In this document: positions 1 through 14,999 of the stretch, in pieces
Layout: every line of letters starts with the position of its first letter
Numbering within the stretch: the stretch's first letter is position 1
Origin: the human T2T-CHM13v2.0 reference genome, Homo sapiens
NCBI RefSeq assembly: GCF_009914755.1
Contig: NC_060931.1
DNA: 64,000 nt
Reading direction: 5' to 3' (one strand)
Notes under the pieces: generated by a model
Seen by the model: the letters and a program-made list of their open reading frames with translations, nothing else
The model's database searches: none
Told to the model about the DNA's origin: nothing
Translations under genes and position numbers: made by a program

Positions 1-791
1 CCTGAGCTGTACCTTGGCCCCTTTTAGCCACAGCTGGAGCTGAAGCAGCTGGGATGCAGGGCACCATGTCTCAAGGCTGCACAGGGCAGGGGGGCCCTGG
101 GATCAGCCCATGAAACCATTTTTCCTCCCTAGGCTTCTAGGCCTGTGATGAGAGGGGCTGCTGTGAAGATCTCTGATGTGCCCTGGAGGCATTTTCCCCA
201 CTGTCTTGGTGATTCACATTTGGCTCCTCGTTACCTATGCAAATTTCTGTAGCCAGCTTGAATTTCTCCCCAGAAAACGGGTTTTTCTTTTCTATCATAT
301 CATCAGGCTGCAAATTTTCCAAACTTTTATGCTCTGCTTCCTCTTGAGCACTTTGCCACTTAGAAATTTCTTCCACCAGATACCTTAAATCATCTCTCTC
401 AAGTTCAAAGTTCCACAGATCTCTGGGGCAGGAGCAAAATGCTGCCAGTCTCTTTGCATAGGATGAGTGACCCTTACTCCAGTTCCCAACTAGTTCCCCA
501 TCTCCATCTGAGGCCACCTCAGCCTCAGCCTGGACTTCATTGTCCATATCACCACCAGCATTTTGGTCAAAACCATTTGACAAGTCTTTAGGAAGTTCCA
601 AACTTTCCCACATCTTCCTATCTTCTGAGCCCTTCAAGTCTCTTGGAAGTTCCAAGCATTCCCACATTTTACTGTCTTCTTCTGAGCCCTCCAAACTGTT
701 CTGACGTCTGCCTGTTACCCAGTTCCAAAGTTGCTCCCACATTTTTGGGTATCTTTATAGCAACACCCCACTTTCTGTGGTACCAATTTAC
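1..791 (-). mobile_element. THE1 (ERVL-MaLR) internal region with MaLR ORF remnant
   Basis: Abuts the LTR with the typical gtaaattggtacc start; ORF 137-742 resembles the MaLR internal ORF (WNWVTGR...CPRDLWNFELERDDL). Confidence 0.85.
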
Positions 792-1170
792 TGTATTAGT
801 CCATTATCATACTACTAATAAAGACATACCCGAGACTGGGTAACTTATAAAGGAAAGAGGTTTAATTGACTCACAGTTCAGCATGGCTGGGAAAGCCTCA
901 GGAAACTTACAATCATGGTGGAAGGGAAAGCAAACATGTCCTTCCTCACCTGGTGGCAGCAAGGAGAAGTGCTGAGCAAAAGGGGGAAAAGCCCCTTATA
1001 AAACTATGAGATCTTGTGAAAACTCACTTGGTATCATGAGAACAACGGCATGGGGGTAACCACCCCCATGATTTAATTACCTCCCACCAGGTCCCTTCTA
1101 TGACATGTGGGGATTATGGGAACTACAATATAAGATGACATTTGGGTGAGGACACGGCCAAACCATATCA
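792..1170 (-). mobile_element. THE1 5' LTR
   Basis: Minus strand begins TGATATGGTTTGGC and ends ...ACTAATACA, the THE1/MST LTR termini. Confidence 0.88.
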
Positions 1171-1804
1171 GATGGGATGCCATTTTATTCCATCATGTTA
1201 ATAAAGAGTGAAAAAATGAAAATACTTAATGCTAGTGAGTTTTGGCAAAATGGGCATTTATATTGCTAGAGATAATGGAATTAGTATTATCTTTCTGGAA
1301 AGGAATTCAGTAATATGTACAAGAGCCCATTTATACTCTTCAACCTAAAACTCCACTTCTGGGAATCCATCCCAAAGACATGAAAACTCAAGCACAAAGA
1401 TTTATTGCTGAAATAAAACAGCTGTGAGAAAGGAAACAACCTAAATGTCCAATGAAAGAACAATTCATATAAAGCAAGATTCTTTCTACCATACTGTCCT
1501 TCAAAAAAGAGAGCATCAGCTTATGTTTGAGCCGTACAAAGTCTCTATGCTATTCAGCCCTCTCAATTTTTTTACTTTGAACAATAAAGACTATTTTGGG
1601 GAAAACTAACACTGGCCTGAAAGGACTTCATACAGTGTAGCTTGGTTACTTACCTGGTAAGAAATCACTTGATAAACTTGGTTCCACCATATCTCCCTGC
1701 CCCCGCACAGAGGCAAAGAAATTTAGTACCAATTTGGTAATTATACATTGAAGTACAGCTTTCCAATGGCAATTATTGGATGTTTTCTTTAAAAGATCAT
1801 ACTG

Positions 1805-2121
<317 letters not shown>

Positions 2122-2361
2122 TCATATTATTCGTTTTTAAAAAGATCGTATTAAACAGCCGTATCATCAGGCAACTAGATAAATTCTCCAATGTCCTACT
2201 GGCCTTAGGTTTGTTTCCATCACCAGCAACCAAAGTGTAACTTAACCCCCAAATACAGATTCAGTCATTATCTAATAATCATGTTTATACAATCAGTCAG
2301 GAACAAGAAAATGTTAATTCACATTTGGAAATGGGAAAACTGGTTCAGTGTCTTAAACTTC

Positions 2362-3290
2362 ATTCTCCTGGCCTCACAGAATGAGTTAGAAAGTGTTCCC
2401 TCTGATTCTGTTTTCAGGAACAGATTGTAGAGAACTGGTATTCTTCCTTCCTTAAATGTCTGGTATATTTCACCAGTGAAAACATCTGAGCCTGGTGCTT
2501 CCTGTTTTAAAAGGCAGTTAATTATTTCTTCAATTTCTGTAATAGATATAGGCTTTCCATATTATCTATATCTCCTTGTCTGAGTTTTAGTAGATTGTAT
2601 CTTTCAAGGAACCAGTCTATTTCATCCAAGTTATCAAATATGTAGTCGTAGAATTGTTCATAATATTCCTTTTTATTCTTTTACTATTGATGGAATCAGT
2701 AATGGTGGGCTCTCTTTCATTTTTGGTATTTATTAGTAATTTGTATCCTATCTCTTTTCGTTGGTTAGCTTGGCTACAGGTCTATTAATTTTGTTGATCT
2801 TTTCAAATGAAACCTTTTGGTTTCACTGATTTTCTCTATTGTTTTTCTGTTTTCAATTTCATTAATTTCTGTTCTAATTTTTCTTTTCTTCTGCTTAGAT
2901 TTAATTTGCTCTTACTTTTCTAGTTTCCAAAGATAGATGCTTATATTATTGATTTTGCACCTTCTTTTCTAACGTGCATTCAATGCTACATATTTCCCTC
3001 TAAGTACTGCTGTCAGAACATACTACAAATTTGATGAGGTATGTTTTCATTTTCAGTTAGTTCAAAAACATTTTCTAATTCTTCTGAGACTTACTTATCT
3101 GACCCTTGTGCTATTTAGAGGTGTGATGTTAGATCTACAAATATTTTGGGACTCTTCAGTTCTCTGTTACTGATTTCTAGTTTAATTCTGTTGTAGTGTG
3201 AGAGAAGGCATACTCTGTATAATGATCTATCTTTTTAAATTGGTTAAGATGTGTTTTATGGCCAAATATGGTAGCATACTTGGTGAATAT
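2362..3290 (-). mobile_element. old L1 (L1M) ORF2 fragment
   Basis: T-rich degenerate antisense L1 ORF2-like sequence. Confidence 0.7.
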
Positions 3291-4559
3291 TTTGAAAAAT
3301 TATAAATGTTTTTAAAAAGTCAGCAAAGTAAGTATTTTGTGATAATTACAAATATATGTGTACACAATGAAGGAGAGGTAGACACACAGCTTTCCTAGTG
3401 TTAGGGAAATGGGTAATTGGGGTTTGGGATAAAATTTCCAGTAATCATGTTATACACATATTCAAAAAGTGCCATATCTAAATTCTGAGATATAGATGAC
3501 TTAAAGGTGACTCCAGTAGTAACAAAAATTGGGTATGCATGAAATCTAAGTGCAAAAAAGTATATCTTTACTATGTGAACCCTTGCTATCTGAACCCAGA
3601 TATCAAATGGCTTGAAAGATATTTGGAGATAAGCCTTAGAAAAAGATAACTCTTGATATCCGAACTTGCTATCTAAACTAAAAAGTTGAATAGTTTTTGA
3701 TAGTAAAGGATACATATCTTCCTATATAATATCTGTGACTAAACCAGTAAATATCTGACCTTTATTTCATCTACATATTTAAAAGTGGTATGTGAGGTAT
3801 GTATGTTTGAGAGAGAGAAAGATTTCTCTTTGGGAAACTGGAGTATTATTTGGTATTTCGGATCATTTTATATTTAGACACAAACAGTGGTAGATTTTCA
3901 TGATGAAATATTATGCAAAACAGCATTCTAGTGGCATGGGAAGAGAAGTTTACAAAATACTTTATGCAACATAGCCTCTTTTGTTTAAATAACAATGCCT
4001 AGTAAAAAGACTAGAAAGAAGTGTACCTAAATGTAACCAGGATTGAGTGATCTTTTTTCTATGTCTATAATATCTGTTCTATGGCAAATTTTTCATACCT
4101 CAATTTCATTTGTAGTTAGAAAAATGTTCAACAGTGAATTTTAACACAATATAAATACCACAACAGAGTTATAAAGAAAGTTCAATACTGGTATCAAAGA
4201 GTATCAATTCTTTTGGGAAGTTCTGAGAAAGTTCTGGAAGAGAACATGCTTCAAATATAGTCTAACATAAAATACACCAATAGTTTATCAGAATTAGAAC
4301 GTATCCCATTTGCAATTGCCAGAAAGTGAGAACAAGCATGTACCACACTAGAGGAATTTAAAATAGGTCCATGTGACCAGAATACAAGCTGCAAGAATAG
4401 TGGCAGGAGAAGGAAGAATGAGAATACACACACACACAATGGGGACTGATGCTATATTAAGGAGTTCAGAGTTTTTAGAATGAACAAAATCTAAACCAAG
4501 CCATCCAGGGCTAAATCATTTTAATGCTAAATTTCAATACTAAGTTAATCCCTTCCACG

Positions 4560-6040
4560 ATTCAAGAAACAACTATAAAACTATCCTGGATAAGATCATC
4601 AAAAACAACTACTTTAGGGCTCAAACAAAGGCAAATAAGATGAAAAGTGTTTATTCATAAAAACCAGGTGAACCTAGCTTAGGAACAGTGAGGATCTGTC
4701 CTATCTTTGCCTGGAGCTGCTCTCACCACCCCCAACCCCTGCTTAGCTAGTATGAAACTTCCTCCAGGACAGGACTCGTTAAAAAATAGCAGCTTCACTG
4801 CTAGAGGCGGCTAACTTGATTTGGAGCAAAGGGTAAAAAACCTACACAGAGCAGTGTCAGTAAAAGCAGCAAACTTGGAAGAAACAAGCATGGAAAGTCA
4901 GCAGCTACGCTAGTCTCAGGCTGTAGTTGTGGTTGGGTTGAGCTGCAGAATGGAGGACTAGTCAGAAATTTAACAAAGATCCTGGAAATGAGATAGATAT
5001 AGAGGAGTTAGATAAGCTCCCCACAAAGCCATGGCTGATGGGGAGGCTATGTGAATATGCAGAGAAAACCCAAGAGGGCCTAGAAGAAAGTAAAAGGTGA
5101 GGCAGATTTGAAAAGCGCCTAAATGTTTAATGCACTCCCCAATCAAGACGCACTCTACTGGAAGAGGGTGGAAGCCTTACTGACTGAGGTGTTTGAGCGC
5201 AACCTCTAACCTATCATTGTTTGGCTACTAAATTATGCAGATACTGGTGCAACCCCTAGGAAATCAGCCTAAAAAATAACAACCCCCCCCACCTCTGAAA
5301 AAAACACTAAACATAATAAGGGAGACAGATTCCACAGATTAAGTCTAAGCAAATTACTGAGAAACACTACTACTAACGCTTGTAGGGGAAAAAAATCCAT
5401 GACAGTTTCTATACTTTTTAACCAAAAATTATGAGACATGCAAAGAAACCCGGAAAAGCATAGTCCATACTCAGGGGAAAAAAAGTAGTAAATGGACTCT
5501 TGAGTGAGCCCAAATGTTGGGTTAAACAGACAAAAACTTTAAGGCAGTGATTACAAAATATATATATATTATAAAAATAAAAAAGTATACATATATACAT
5601 ATATATGAATACTTTTTTTTTTTTAAGACAGGGTATCACTCTGTCACTCAGGCTGGAGTACAGTGAGAGGTGTGATCTCTACTCACTGCAACCTCCACCT
5701 TCCAGGCTCAAGTGATCCTTTCGCTTTAGCCTCCCGAGTAGCTAGGACCACAGGCACATGCCACTACACCTGGCTTTTTTGTTATTTTTTTGTAGAGACA
5801 GGTTTTGTCATGTTGTCCAGGCTGGTCCTGAACTCCTGGACTCAAGCAATCCACCTGTCTTGGCCTCTCAAAGTGCTGGGATTACAGGCATGAGCCAATG
5901 TGCCCAGCCATAAAAATATTTAACAAATTTAAGGAAATCATGCTTAAAGAATCAAAGGAAAATGCAGTAACAATGACTCAATAAATAAGGGAATCTCAAC
6001 AATATAACAGAGCTATAAAAAATATATAGAAATCTAAAGT
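4560..6040 (+). mobile_element. old L1M 5'/ORF1 remnant interrupted by an Alu
   Basis: A-rich degenerate L1 5'UTR/ORF1-like text; edges approximate. Confidence 0.45.
5613..5909 (-). mobile_element. AluJ-type SINE
   Basis: Poly-T followed by an antisense diverged Alu dimer. Confidence 0.9.
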
Positions 6041-7406
6041 TGATATTTTCCATACATATCTGTGTTTGATAGAAGTATAACTATATAATTTCTTTAACTG
6101 GCCAACACTTAAAATATTAATATTTAAGAATGTCCATAACACATGAGTTAAAGGATGTTTAGTAAGTCGTTATGCATTATAAGCTTTGTAGTAACCTTTG
6201 AATAAAGGTAAAGATGGCTTATGGTTCCCTACTGAAGTAATCAAAGATATTTTGATTTTTAAACGTAATTGCTTAAAACTAGGTAATATTTTCAACATGA
6301 TTTAAAATCAAAGTAACCAAAAGTAATGCTTGTTATTATCTATAGTTTTGGAACTGCTTAAGAGTATCTTACTTTCATAATTATTTTCTGTGTCTATCAA
6401 GAATATTTCTATAACTATTCAAGTTTAGCATTTTTAAGTAATTAACAAAATACACTTGATACCACAAACCAACAGGGTAAAAGGGTATAGGAACAATTTT
6501 AATATTACAGCGAAATACCTCAGAGATACTACAGCTTTGGTTCCAGACTACTGCAATAAAGCAAGTTACAAAATTTTTTTGGTTTTCCAGTGCATATAAG
6601 TTATGTTCCACTACACCATAGTCTATGAAGTGTGCAATAGCATTGTCTAAAAAACAATGTACAGATCTTAATTTTAAAATACTTTATGGCTAAAAAATGC
6701 TAGTCATCATTTGAGCCTCCAGCAAGTTGTAATCTTTTTACTGGTGGAAGCTTTGCCTTGATACTCATGGCTGCTGACTGATTAGCATGATGGTTGCTGA
6801 AAGCTGGGGTGCTATCAGAATTTCTAAAAATAAGACAACACTAAAGTTTGCCACATACATTGGCTGTACCTATCATGAATGATTTCTCTGAAGCATCAGC
6901 ATGTGATGCTGCTTGACAGCATTTTACTCACAGAATTTCTTTTAAAATTGGTCAGTCCTCTCAAACCCAACCACTGCTTTATCAATTAAATTTTATATAA
7001 TATTCTAAATCCTTTGTCATTCTAACAATGTTCACAGCATCTTCACCAGTAGATGCCATCTCAAAAAGACACTTCCTTTGCTCATCCATAAGAAACGACT
7101 CCTCATCCATTCAAGTTTTATCATGAAATTGCAGCAATTCAGTCCCATCTTCAGGCTCCACTTCTAATTCTAGTTTTTCCCACCACATCTGCAGTTATTT
7201 CATCCATGAGGCTTGGAATAAACTCCTCCAAACTCATATTCATGTTAATATTCTGATCTGCTCCCATGAATCACAAATGTTCTTAATGGCATCTAGAATG
7301 GTGAGTCCTTTCCAGAAGGTTTTAATGGACTTTGCCCAGATCCATCAGAGAAATCGCCATGACAACTACAGCCTTACAAAATGTATTTCTTAAATAACAT
7401 GACTTG

Positions 7407-7710
7407 AGCCAGGCTCAGTGACTCATGCCTGTAATCCTAGCACTTCCAGAGGCTGAGACGGGAGGATTGCTTGAGTCCAGAAATTTGAGACCTGCCTGGG
7501 CACTATAGGGAGATTCTCTCTCTATAAAAAATTTTAAAAAAGTTAGCTGGGCATGGTGGTGCATGCTTGTGGTGCCAGCTACTGGGGAGGCTGAGGTGGG
7601 AGGGTCACTTGAGCCCAGGAGGTCAAGGCTCCTGTGAGCTGTGATCATGCCACTCCACTCCAGCCTGGGCAACAGAATGAGACCCATCTCCAAAAAAAAA
7701 AAAATAATAA
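7407..7710 (+). mobile_element. AluJ-type SINE nested in Tigger1
   Basis: Alu dimer, TSD-like aataa(c/t)atgac(t/c)tga. Confidence 0.9.
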
Positions 7711-8461
7711 TAATATGACCTGAAAGTCTAAATTACTCCTTGATCCATGGGCTGCAGAATGGACGTTGTATTAGCAGGCACGAAAACAACATTCATCTCC
7801 TCGTACATATATATCAGAGCTCTTGGGTGACCTGGTACATTATCAATGGGCAGTAATATTTTGAAAGGAATATTTTTTTCTGAACGGCAGGTCTCAACAC
7901 TAGGCTTTAAATATTCCGTAAACTATTCTTTAAACAGATGTGCTGTCATCTAGGCTTTGTTCCATTTACAGAGCACAGCCAGAGTAGATTCAGCATAATT
8001 CTTAAGGGTCCTAGGATTTTCAAATGGTAAATTAACACTGGCTTCAACGTAAAGTCACCAGCTGCATTAGCCCCTAACAAGAGAGGCTGCCTGTCCTCTG
8101 AAGCTCTGAAGCCAGGTATTGACTTCTGATCTCTAGCCAAGAAACTCCTAAAAGGCGCCTTCTTCTTCCAATAGAAGGCTTTTAAATCTACATTAAAAAT
8201 CAGTTGTTTACTGTAGCCACTTTCATGAATGGTCTTTGGTAGATCTTCTGGATAACCTGCTGCAGCTTCTAAATCATCACTTGCTGCTTCACCTTGCACT
8301 TTATGTCATGGAGATGGTTTCTTAGACCTCATGAACCAACCTCTGTTAAGCTTCAAACTTTCTTCTGAAGCTTCCTCACCTCTCTTAGCCTTCAATTGAA
8401 GAGAGTTAGACCCTTGCTCTGGATTAGGTATTGGCTTGAGGGAATGCTGTGGTTGGTTTCA

Positions 8462-8878
<417 letters not shown>

Positions 8879-9362
8879 TTAATTCTTTGGTAGAAAAGGC
8901 CTAGCTTTCAGCCTATATCAGCTTTTGACATGCCTACCTAACTAAGTTTAATCACTTCTAGCTTTTGATTTAGTCAGAGGAGTGCCTCTTTTTACTTGTA
9001 TACTTAAAGGCCATTGTAGGTTTATTAACTGGCCAAATTTCCCTAGTGTCTTATGGAATAGAGAGGCCTGGGGGTGAAGGGAAAGAGAGAGAGAAGAGGG
9101 GGAGGGGGAGAGGGAAGAGTGGGGAGAGAGGAGAGGGGAGAGAGACTGGGGAACAGTGGATCCGTGGAGCAGTTAGAACATACATGACATTTATTGAATA
9201 AGTTCACTGTCTTATATGGTTGATAATAAGTTCACTGTCTTATATGGTGCCCCTAAACAATCTTAATAGTAACATCAAAGATCACTGATCACAGATCACC
9301 AAAACAGACATCATAATAATGAAAAAGTTTGAAATATTGTGAGAATTACTAAAATGTGACAG

Positions 9363-9728
9363 TGTATTAGTGCGTTTTCATGCTGCTGATAAAGACATCT
9401 CTGAGCCTGGGTAATTTATAAAGAAAAAGAGGTTTAATGGACTCACAGCTCCATGTTGCTGGGGAGGCCTCACAATCATGATGGAAGGCGAAAGGCATAT
9501 CTTACTTACATGGTGGCAGGCAAGAGAGAATGAGAGCCAAGCTAAAGGGGAAACTCCTTATAAAACCATCAGATCTCGTGAGACTTACTCACTACCACGA
9601 GAACAGTATGGGGGAAACCGCCCCCATGATTCAATTATTTCCCACAGGGTCCTTCCCACAACACATGAGAATTATTGGAGCTACAACTCAAGATGAGATT
9701 TGGGTGGGGACACAATTAAACCATATCA
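9363..9728 (-). mobile_element. THE1 solo LTR nested in Tigger1
   Basis: tgtattag...accatatca termini; homologous to the LTR at 792-1170. Confidence 0.88.
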
Positions 9729-10487
9729 CAGAGCCACAGTGAGTACATGCTATTGGGAAAATGGTGCCAATCGACTTGCTTGACTCAGGGTTGCCACAAA
9801 CCTTCAATTTGTAAAAAATGTAATATCTGTGAAGTACAATAAAGCAAGCGCAATAAATAAGTTATGCCTGTACTAATAATTAATTGGATTATAATAGTCA
9901 TGTACTTATAAAATTTATGCCTATATGCATATAATCTTACTAGCAGGCAGATTTTCTTACCAACAATAAAACAATGGTAATTGGTTCTATTAATAACCTT
10001 TCATTATTTTTCCTTATTTGTAAATTCTTAGTGGATAGCCACTTTAATTGTATTTTGCTGTTTTGATTCTTTGTTTTGATAATTACATAAGAATTACATA
10101 TTGTTATATAATTACATATTACATTGTACATTATAACTATATAATACTATTATATAACAATTATATGTTATATACACACATATAGCCATAACATATATGT
10201 AATATATATAATTATGTAACAATGTATAATTATATAATCGTATTTAATGAACCATTCTTTCTCATTTTCAGTTAGAACAACACATGCTACAGAACCACTA
10301 GTTTTCCAGATAGCTCTTACAATTTTCTGCTAGTTTTTAATCTAATAATATTACCTATCTGCATTTCTCAGTCTATCATGTAACTACTGGAGGAGCAAGT
10401 AAACTGCTCACTGTTTAGTATGAACCACTGCATTATTTCACATTAATACAGTTATCCAGGATAATCAAAGTAGAAAAAGTATACTTA

Positions 10488-10754
<267 letters not shown>

Positions 10755-11100
10755 TCAAATTTAAGATTTCTGCTTTGAAAATGTCAAACTGAGATAAATT
10801 TGAGCACCTTGTAGCACTTTCAAATTTTTAAAAATTACTATACAATAAAGAATGATCACAAATTATGTTTAGTAAATAAAAAATATGTTTTTTCAGGATT
10901 ACAGATGTGTTTGTATATACTTTACTGAACTTCTCTCGACTAAAACTTCTCCAGCAAAGCTTACATAACTCTACTATGCAGTGACAACATCCAGAAGGAA
11001 TAGTAGTTGCAGTTAATTTTGAGCTGGCTTTACTAGTAGTAGACAGATAACCCAACAGCTGTTCTTGAGGTCCCTCTGGGTTTATGATAACAAAGTCAGG

Positions 11101-11178
11101 GTGAGTGTGCGTGCGCGCGCGCACGCGCGTGTGTGTGTTTGTATGTATGTGTATATATATGTGTATATATGTATATAT
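11101..11178. repeat. compound alternating purine-pyrimidine microsatellite (GT/GC/TA)
   Basis: gtgtgcgtgcgcgcgcgcacgcgcgtgtgtgtg...tatatat read directly. Confidence 0.9.
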
Positions 11179-12679
11179 GGAGAGCGAGCGAGCTCATTTT
11201 TCTTCTTATTTGCACTTAATTTACTACATATAGCTCATACTTTACACAAAGCTATTTTATCATTCTCCACAGACATTGCTTGGTGAAGTTCCAAAAATAC
11301 ATGGCAAGAGAAGAATTGAAGAGCAAAGAATTCATGCAAAACTGGTTTCAGCAAGTACAACTATGGTCCAAGGGAACTATGCCCATTTCTCCTTCATGCT
11401 TACAGGATCCCATTAGTTCAACTTCAGTTTTTCTTAGTTCCTATTACTAAGACTTCTTTAACTTATACTATGTAGATTTAGTTTTAACTCTATACGCAGA
11501 AGTTGAAACTTATTCAGCATGAATTAAACATTTATTAAGTACGCATCATGTGTAGAGGTGCATAATGATGGCCAAATTGCAGAAGGCATAGTTGTTACCC
11601 TCAAAAAGCTACTGTTACCTCAGTAAAGGACACAAATAATTACTATATATAACAATAAAAAACATGATTGATAAACAGATAAACAAAGATAGTTATTTCT
11701 ATAAATAAAGTACCTAACCCAATCTAAAATCAGCAATATAAATGGATTTTAGAAAGATAAGTAGGAATAAACCAGGAAAGTAAAGTAGAGTGGAAACTTT
11801 CTAGGCAGAAAGGACAGCATAAGCAAAGACATGAAAGAGAAAAGCAGAATGAGTCTTCAGAGATGTACCTCAGTTCAAGATACATGAAGTTTAAAGTACT
11901 GGGCAGAAGATGAGTGGACCTATTCACAAATGAAAAAACCCTGAGCCTAGTGCACACATAAAGAGGAAGGAGAGCCAAGGTATGCAAGCTTCAAATCACA
12001 CAAGATCCACAGGCCAATTTTAAAATGCAGTCTTTACAAATCTAATCTAATGACAGAGAGCAGTTTAGAGGTTGCCTGGCATAGGGTGTGGGGACGAGTG
12101 CAAAGGGGTACAAGGGAGCTTTCTGGAGAAAAATGTTCTATATCTTGATAGTGGTGGTGGTTACATAAGTGTAAACAACTGTAAATACCCACTAACTGTA
12201 CACTAGATGGGTGCATTTTATTGTATATAAATTATACCTCAGTAAAGCTGATAAAAATGTAGACTTTATCAACTTGAAATTAATACTAAAAAGCTTGCTT
12301 ATGTTTCTATCAGGTAGAACCATATAAAACTGGTGATATTCAAAAGTTCTTGAGCTACAAAAATTGCAATTTTATGTGGTCTAACCTAACAGCTACTAAG
12401 GCAGTAAAATACTTAAAGGGCTAAAATTCTAGGTTCTCATAGAATAATGACAATCATCTAAATTCCAATATCCCCATATACCCTCAAAAAACATACAGAT
12501 CAATAAAGAGAGCAAATAAAAGCACTTACCATTTATACCTATGGCATAACAAGGAAATAAAAAATAACACTTCATTTTACTTGTTATTGAAAAAATAAAA
12601 ATCTGAAACCGAGTTGGCTTTGGAGGCCACTCAAAGTACAGAGTCAGATGACGACTGCATAAAAGAGAGAAATGTATGA

Positions 12680-14990
12680 AAAGGTGGCCAAACAGAATCT
12701 TCCAGCAATCACCCCCTAGACCTGCAAGAATATCAAATTGAGTAACTATCCATGCAAAAAAGCACCTTCATAAGAACTAAGTCAGTTAAGAGATCACAGT
12801 TCCTACAAGAAAAGATGCATTGAAGATGATAGGAACTCCATAGACAGTCTTGAACTGTCTATACCATCCTCTCCCAAGCCCCGGCAGTACACCCCAGAGA
12901 GATAATCTTTGTGCTTTGCAGAGGGAGTGTGAAATAACTACGGGACTTTGCACTGGAACTCCATGTTGCCCTGTCACAGTGGAACACAGCACTGGGCAGA
13001 AATCTACTGGTGCCCACAGGGGGCATTTAGACCATCCTTGAACAGACAGAAAGAAGTCTGCTGCCCTAGTGGGAGGAATCTTAGTCCTAGTCTGCTTTGC
13101 TACTGGCTGAATAAAGTGGCCCTGGGCTCCCAATAAATGTCAGTGGCAGCCAGACCATGGCAACTGTAGTCTTTGGGTGAGCCCCAGTGCTGTGCTGGTC
13201 TCAGCAGAGGCTGTGAGCCCAGGGTACTACAACCAAGTGTGACACCAGCTGTGGTGGCCATGGGAATGCCTCCATCACCCCTCCCCTCATTCTAGGCAGT
13301 ACAGTGTAGAGACTTCTTCCACTTGGGGCAAGGAGAGGAAGAGTATAGGAGACTTTGCCTTGCAACCCAGGTACCAGCCCAGCCAAAGTAAAACAAAGCA
13401 CCAGGCAGAATCCTAAAGCCCCTGATTCCAGGCTGTTGTTCCCACATGGCACTTCTAGACCCACCCTGGGACAGAAGGGAATCCTCTGCCCTGGGGGGAT
13501 GGACCCCAAGTCCCTGCAGGATTCATTACCTGCTGACTAAAGTGGCCTTGGACCTTCAGTAAACATCAATGACAGTTCAAATATGACCCAGCATGAGGCC
13601 AGCTGTGGTGGCCACAAGAGTGTCTGTGTCACTTCTTCCCCAACTCTGGTCAGACCAGCATAAACAGACACTCATTCCACCTGGGGGAAGAAGAGGGATT
13701 TTGCCTGGGAACCCAGCAACTTCTCCCTTATCTTCAAGTCCATTAGGGCTGGGAATTCAGCAATCTGCAGAAGTTGCAGTGTACCTGGGCTTAGAGTGCC
13801 CTCTAGTGCTGAAATGGTTACAGTGACCACAGGCTTAGGTAATACTTTAGATAAACTCTGAATGCTTAGAAGGCCCTCTGAAAAAGGATGGATACTAACA
13901 AGTCCAGATTACAAAGACTGGAATAAATATCTAACTCTTCTATGCCCAGACACTGAAAAACATCCACAAGCATCAAGAACAGTCAGGAAAATGTGACCTC
14001 ACCAAACAGACTAAATGAGGCACCAGTGACCAATCCTGGAGTAGTACAGATATATGACTTCTCAGGGAATTCCAAATAGCTTTTTGAGGAATCTCAATGA
14101 ACTTCAAAAAAACAGAGAAGGAATTCATAAATCTTTCAGGGAAATTTAACAAAGAGATTAAAATAATTTAAAGAATCCAACAAAAATCCTGGAGCTGAAA
14201 TATTCAATTAATGAACAAAAATATGTATTACTATCTAAACAGAATTGATCAAGCAGAAGAAAGAATTAGCTTAAAGACAGGCTATTTCAAAATACAGAAT
14301 CAGGGGAGAAAAAGAAAAAAGGAGTGAAAAAGAAAGAAGAATGCTTACAAGTCTGGAAAATAGCCTCAAAAGGGCAAATCTAAGAGTTATTGGCCTTAAA
14401 GAGGAAGTACAGAGACTGGGGTAGAACGTTTATTCAAAGGAATAATAACAGTTTTCCAAACCTAGAGAAAGATACAAATATGCAGTTATAAGATCAAAGA
14501 ACACCAAGCAGCTTCACCCCAAATAAGACTACCTTCAAGGCATAAAATCAAACTCTTATAGGTTAAGGACAAAGAAAGAATCCTAAAAGCAGTAAGAGAA
14601 AAGAAACAGGTAACAAATGAAGGAACTCCAATACATCTGGCAGCACACTTCTCAGTGGAAACCTTACAGGCCAAGAGGGAATGAGATGACATATTCAATG
14701 TGCTGAAGGAAAAAAAAAAAAAAAGGAAACAACTTTCAACTGAGAATACTGTACCCCGCAAAGCTATTCTTCAAACACAAAGGAGAAATATGTAGATAAA
14801 CAAAGATGAAGGACTTCACACCAGACCTACCTTACCAGAAATGCTAAAGAGAATTTTTCAACTTGAAAGAAAAGGATGCTAACACACAATAAGAAATCAT
14901 CTGAAAGTATAATATAAAACTCACTGGTAAAGGTACATACATAGTTAAATTCAGAATACTCTAAAACTGTAATTGTAGTGCATAAACTAT
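12680..14990 (+). mobile_element. old L1 (L1MA/PB-age) 5'UTR plus decayed ORF1
   Basis: GC-richer 5'UTR-like part, then ORF1-like text (atcctaaaagcagtaagagaaaaga; ttctcagtggaaaccttacaggcca). Confidence 0.75.
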
Positions 14991-14999
14991 TCATATATT

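Noticed and set aside
1647-1700. U1 snRNA-like text (tacttacctgg)
   Set aside because: Similarity stops after ~11 nt; it is simply the complement of a consensus 5' splice site.
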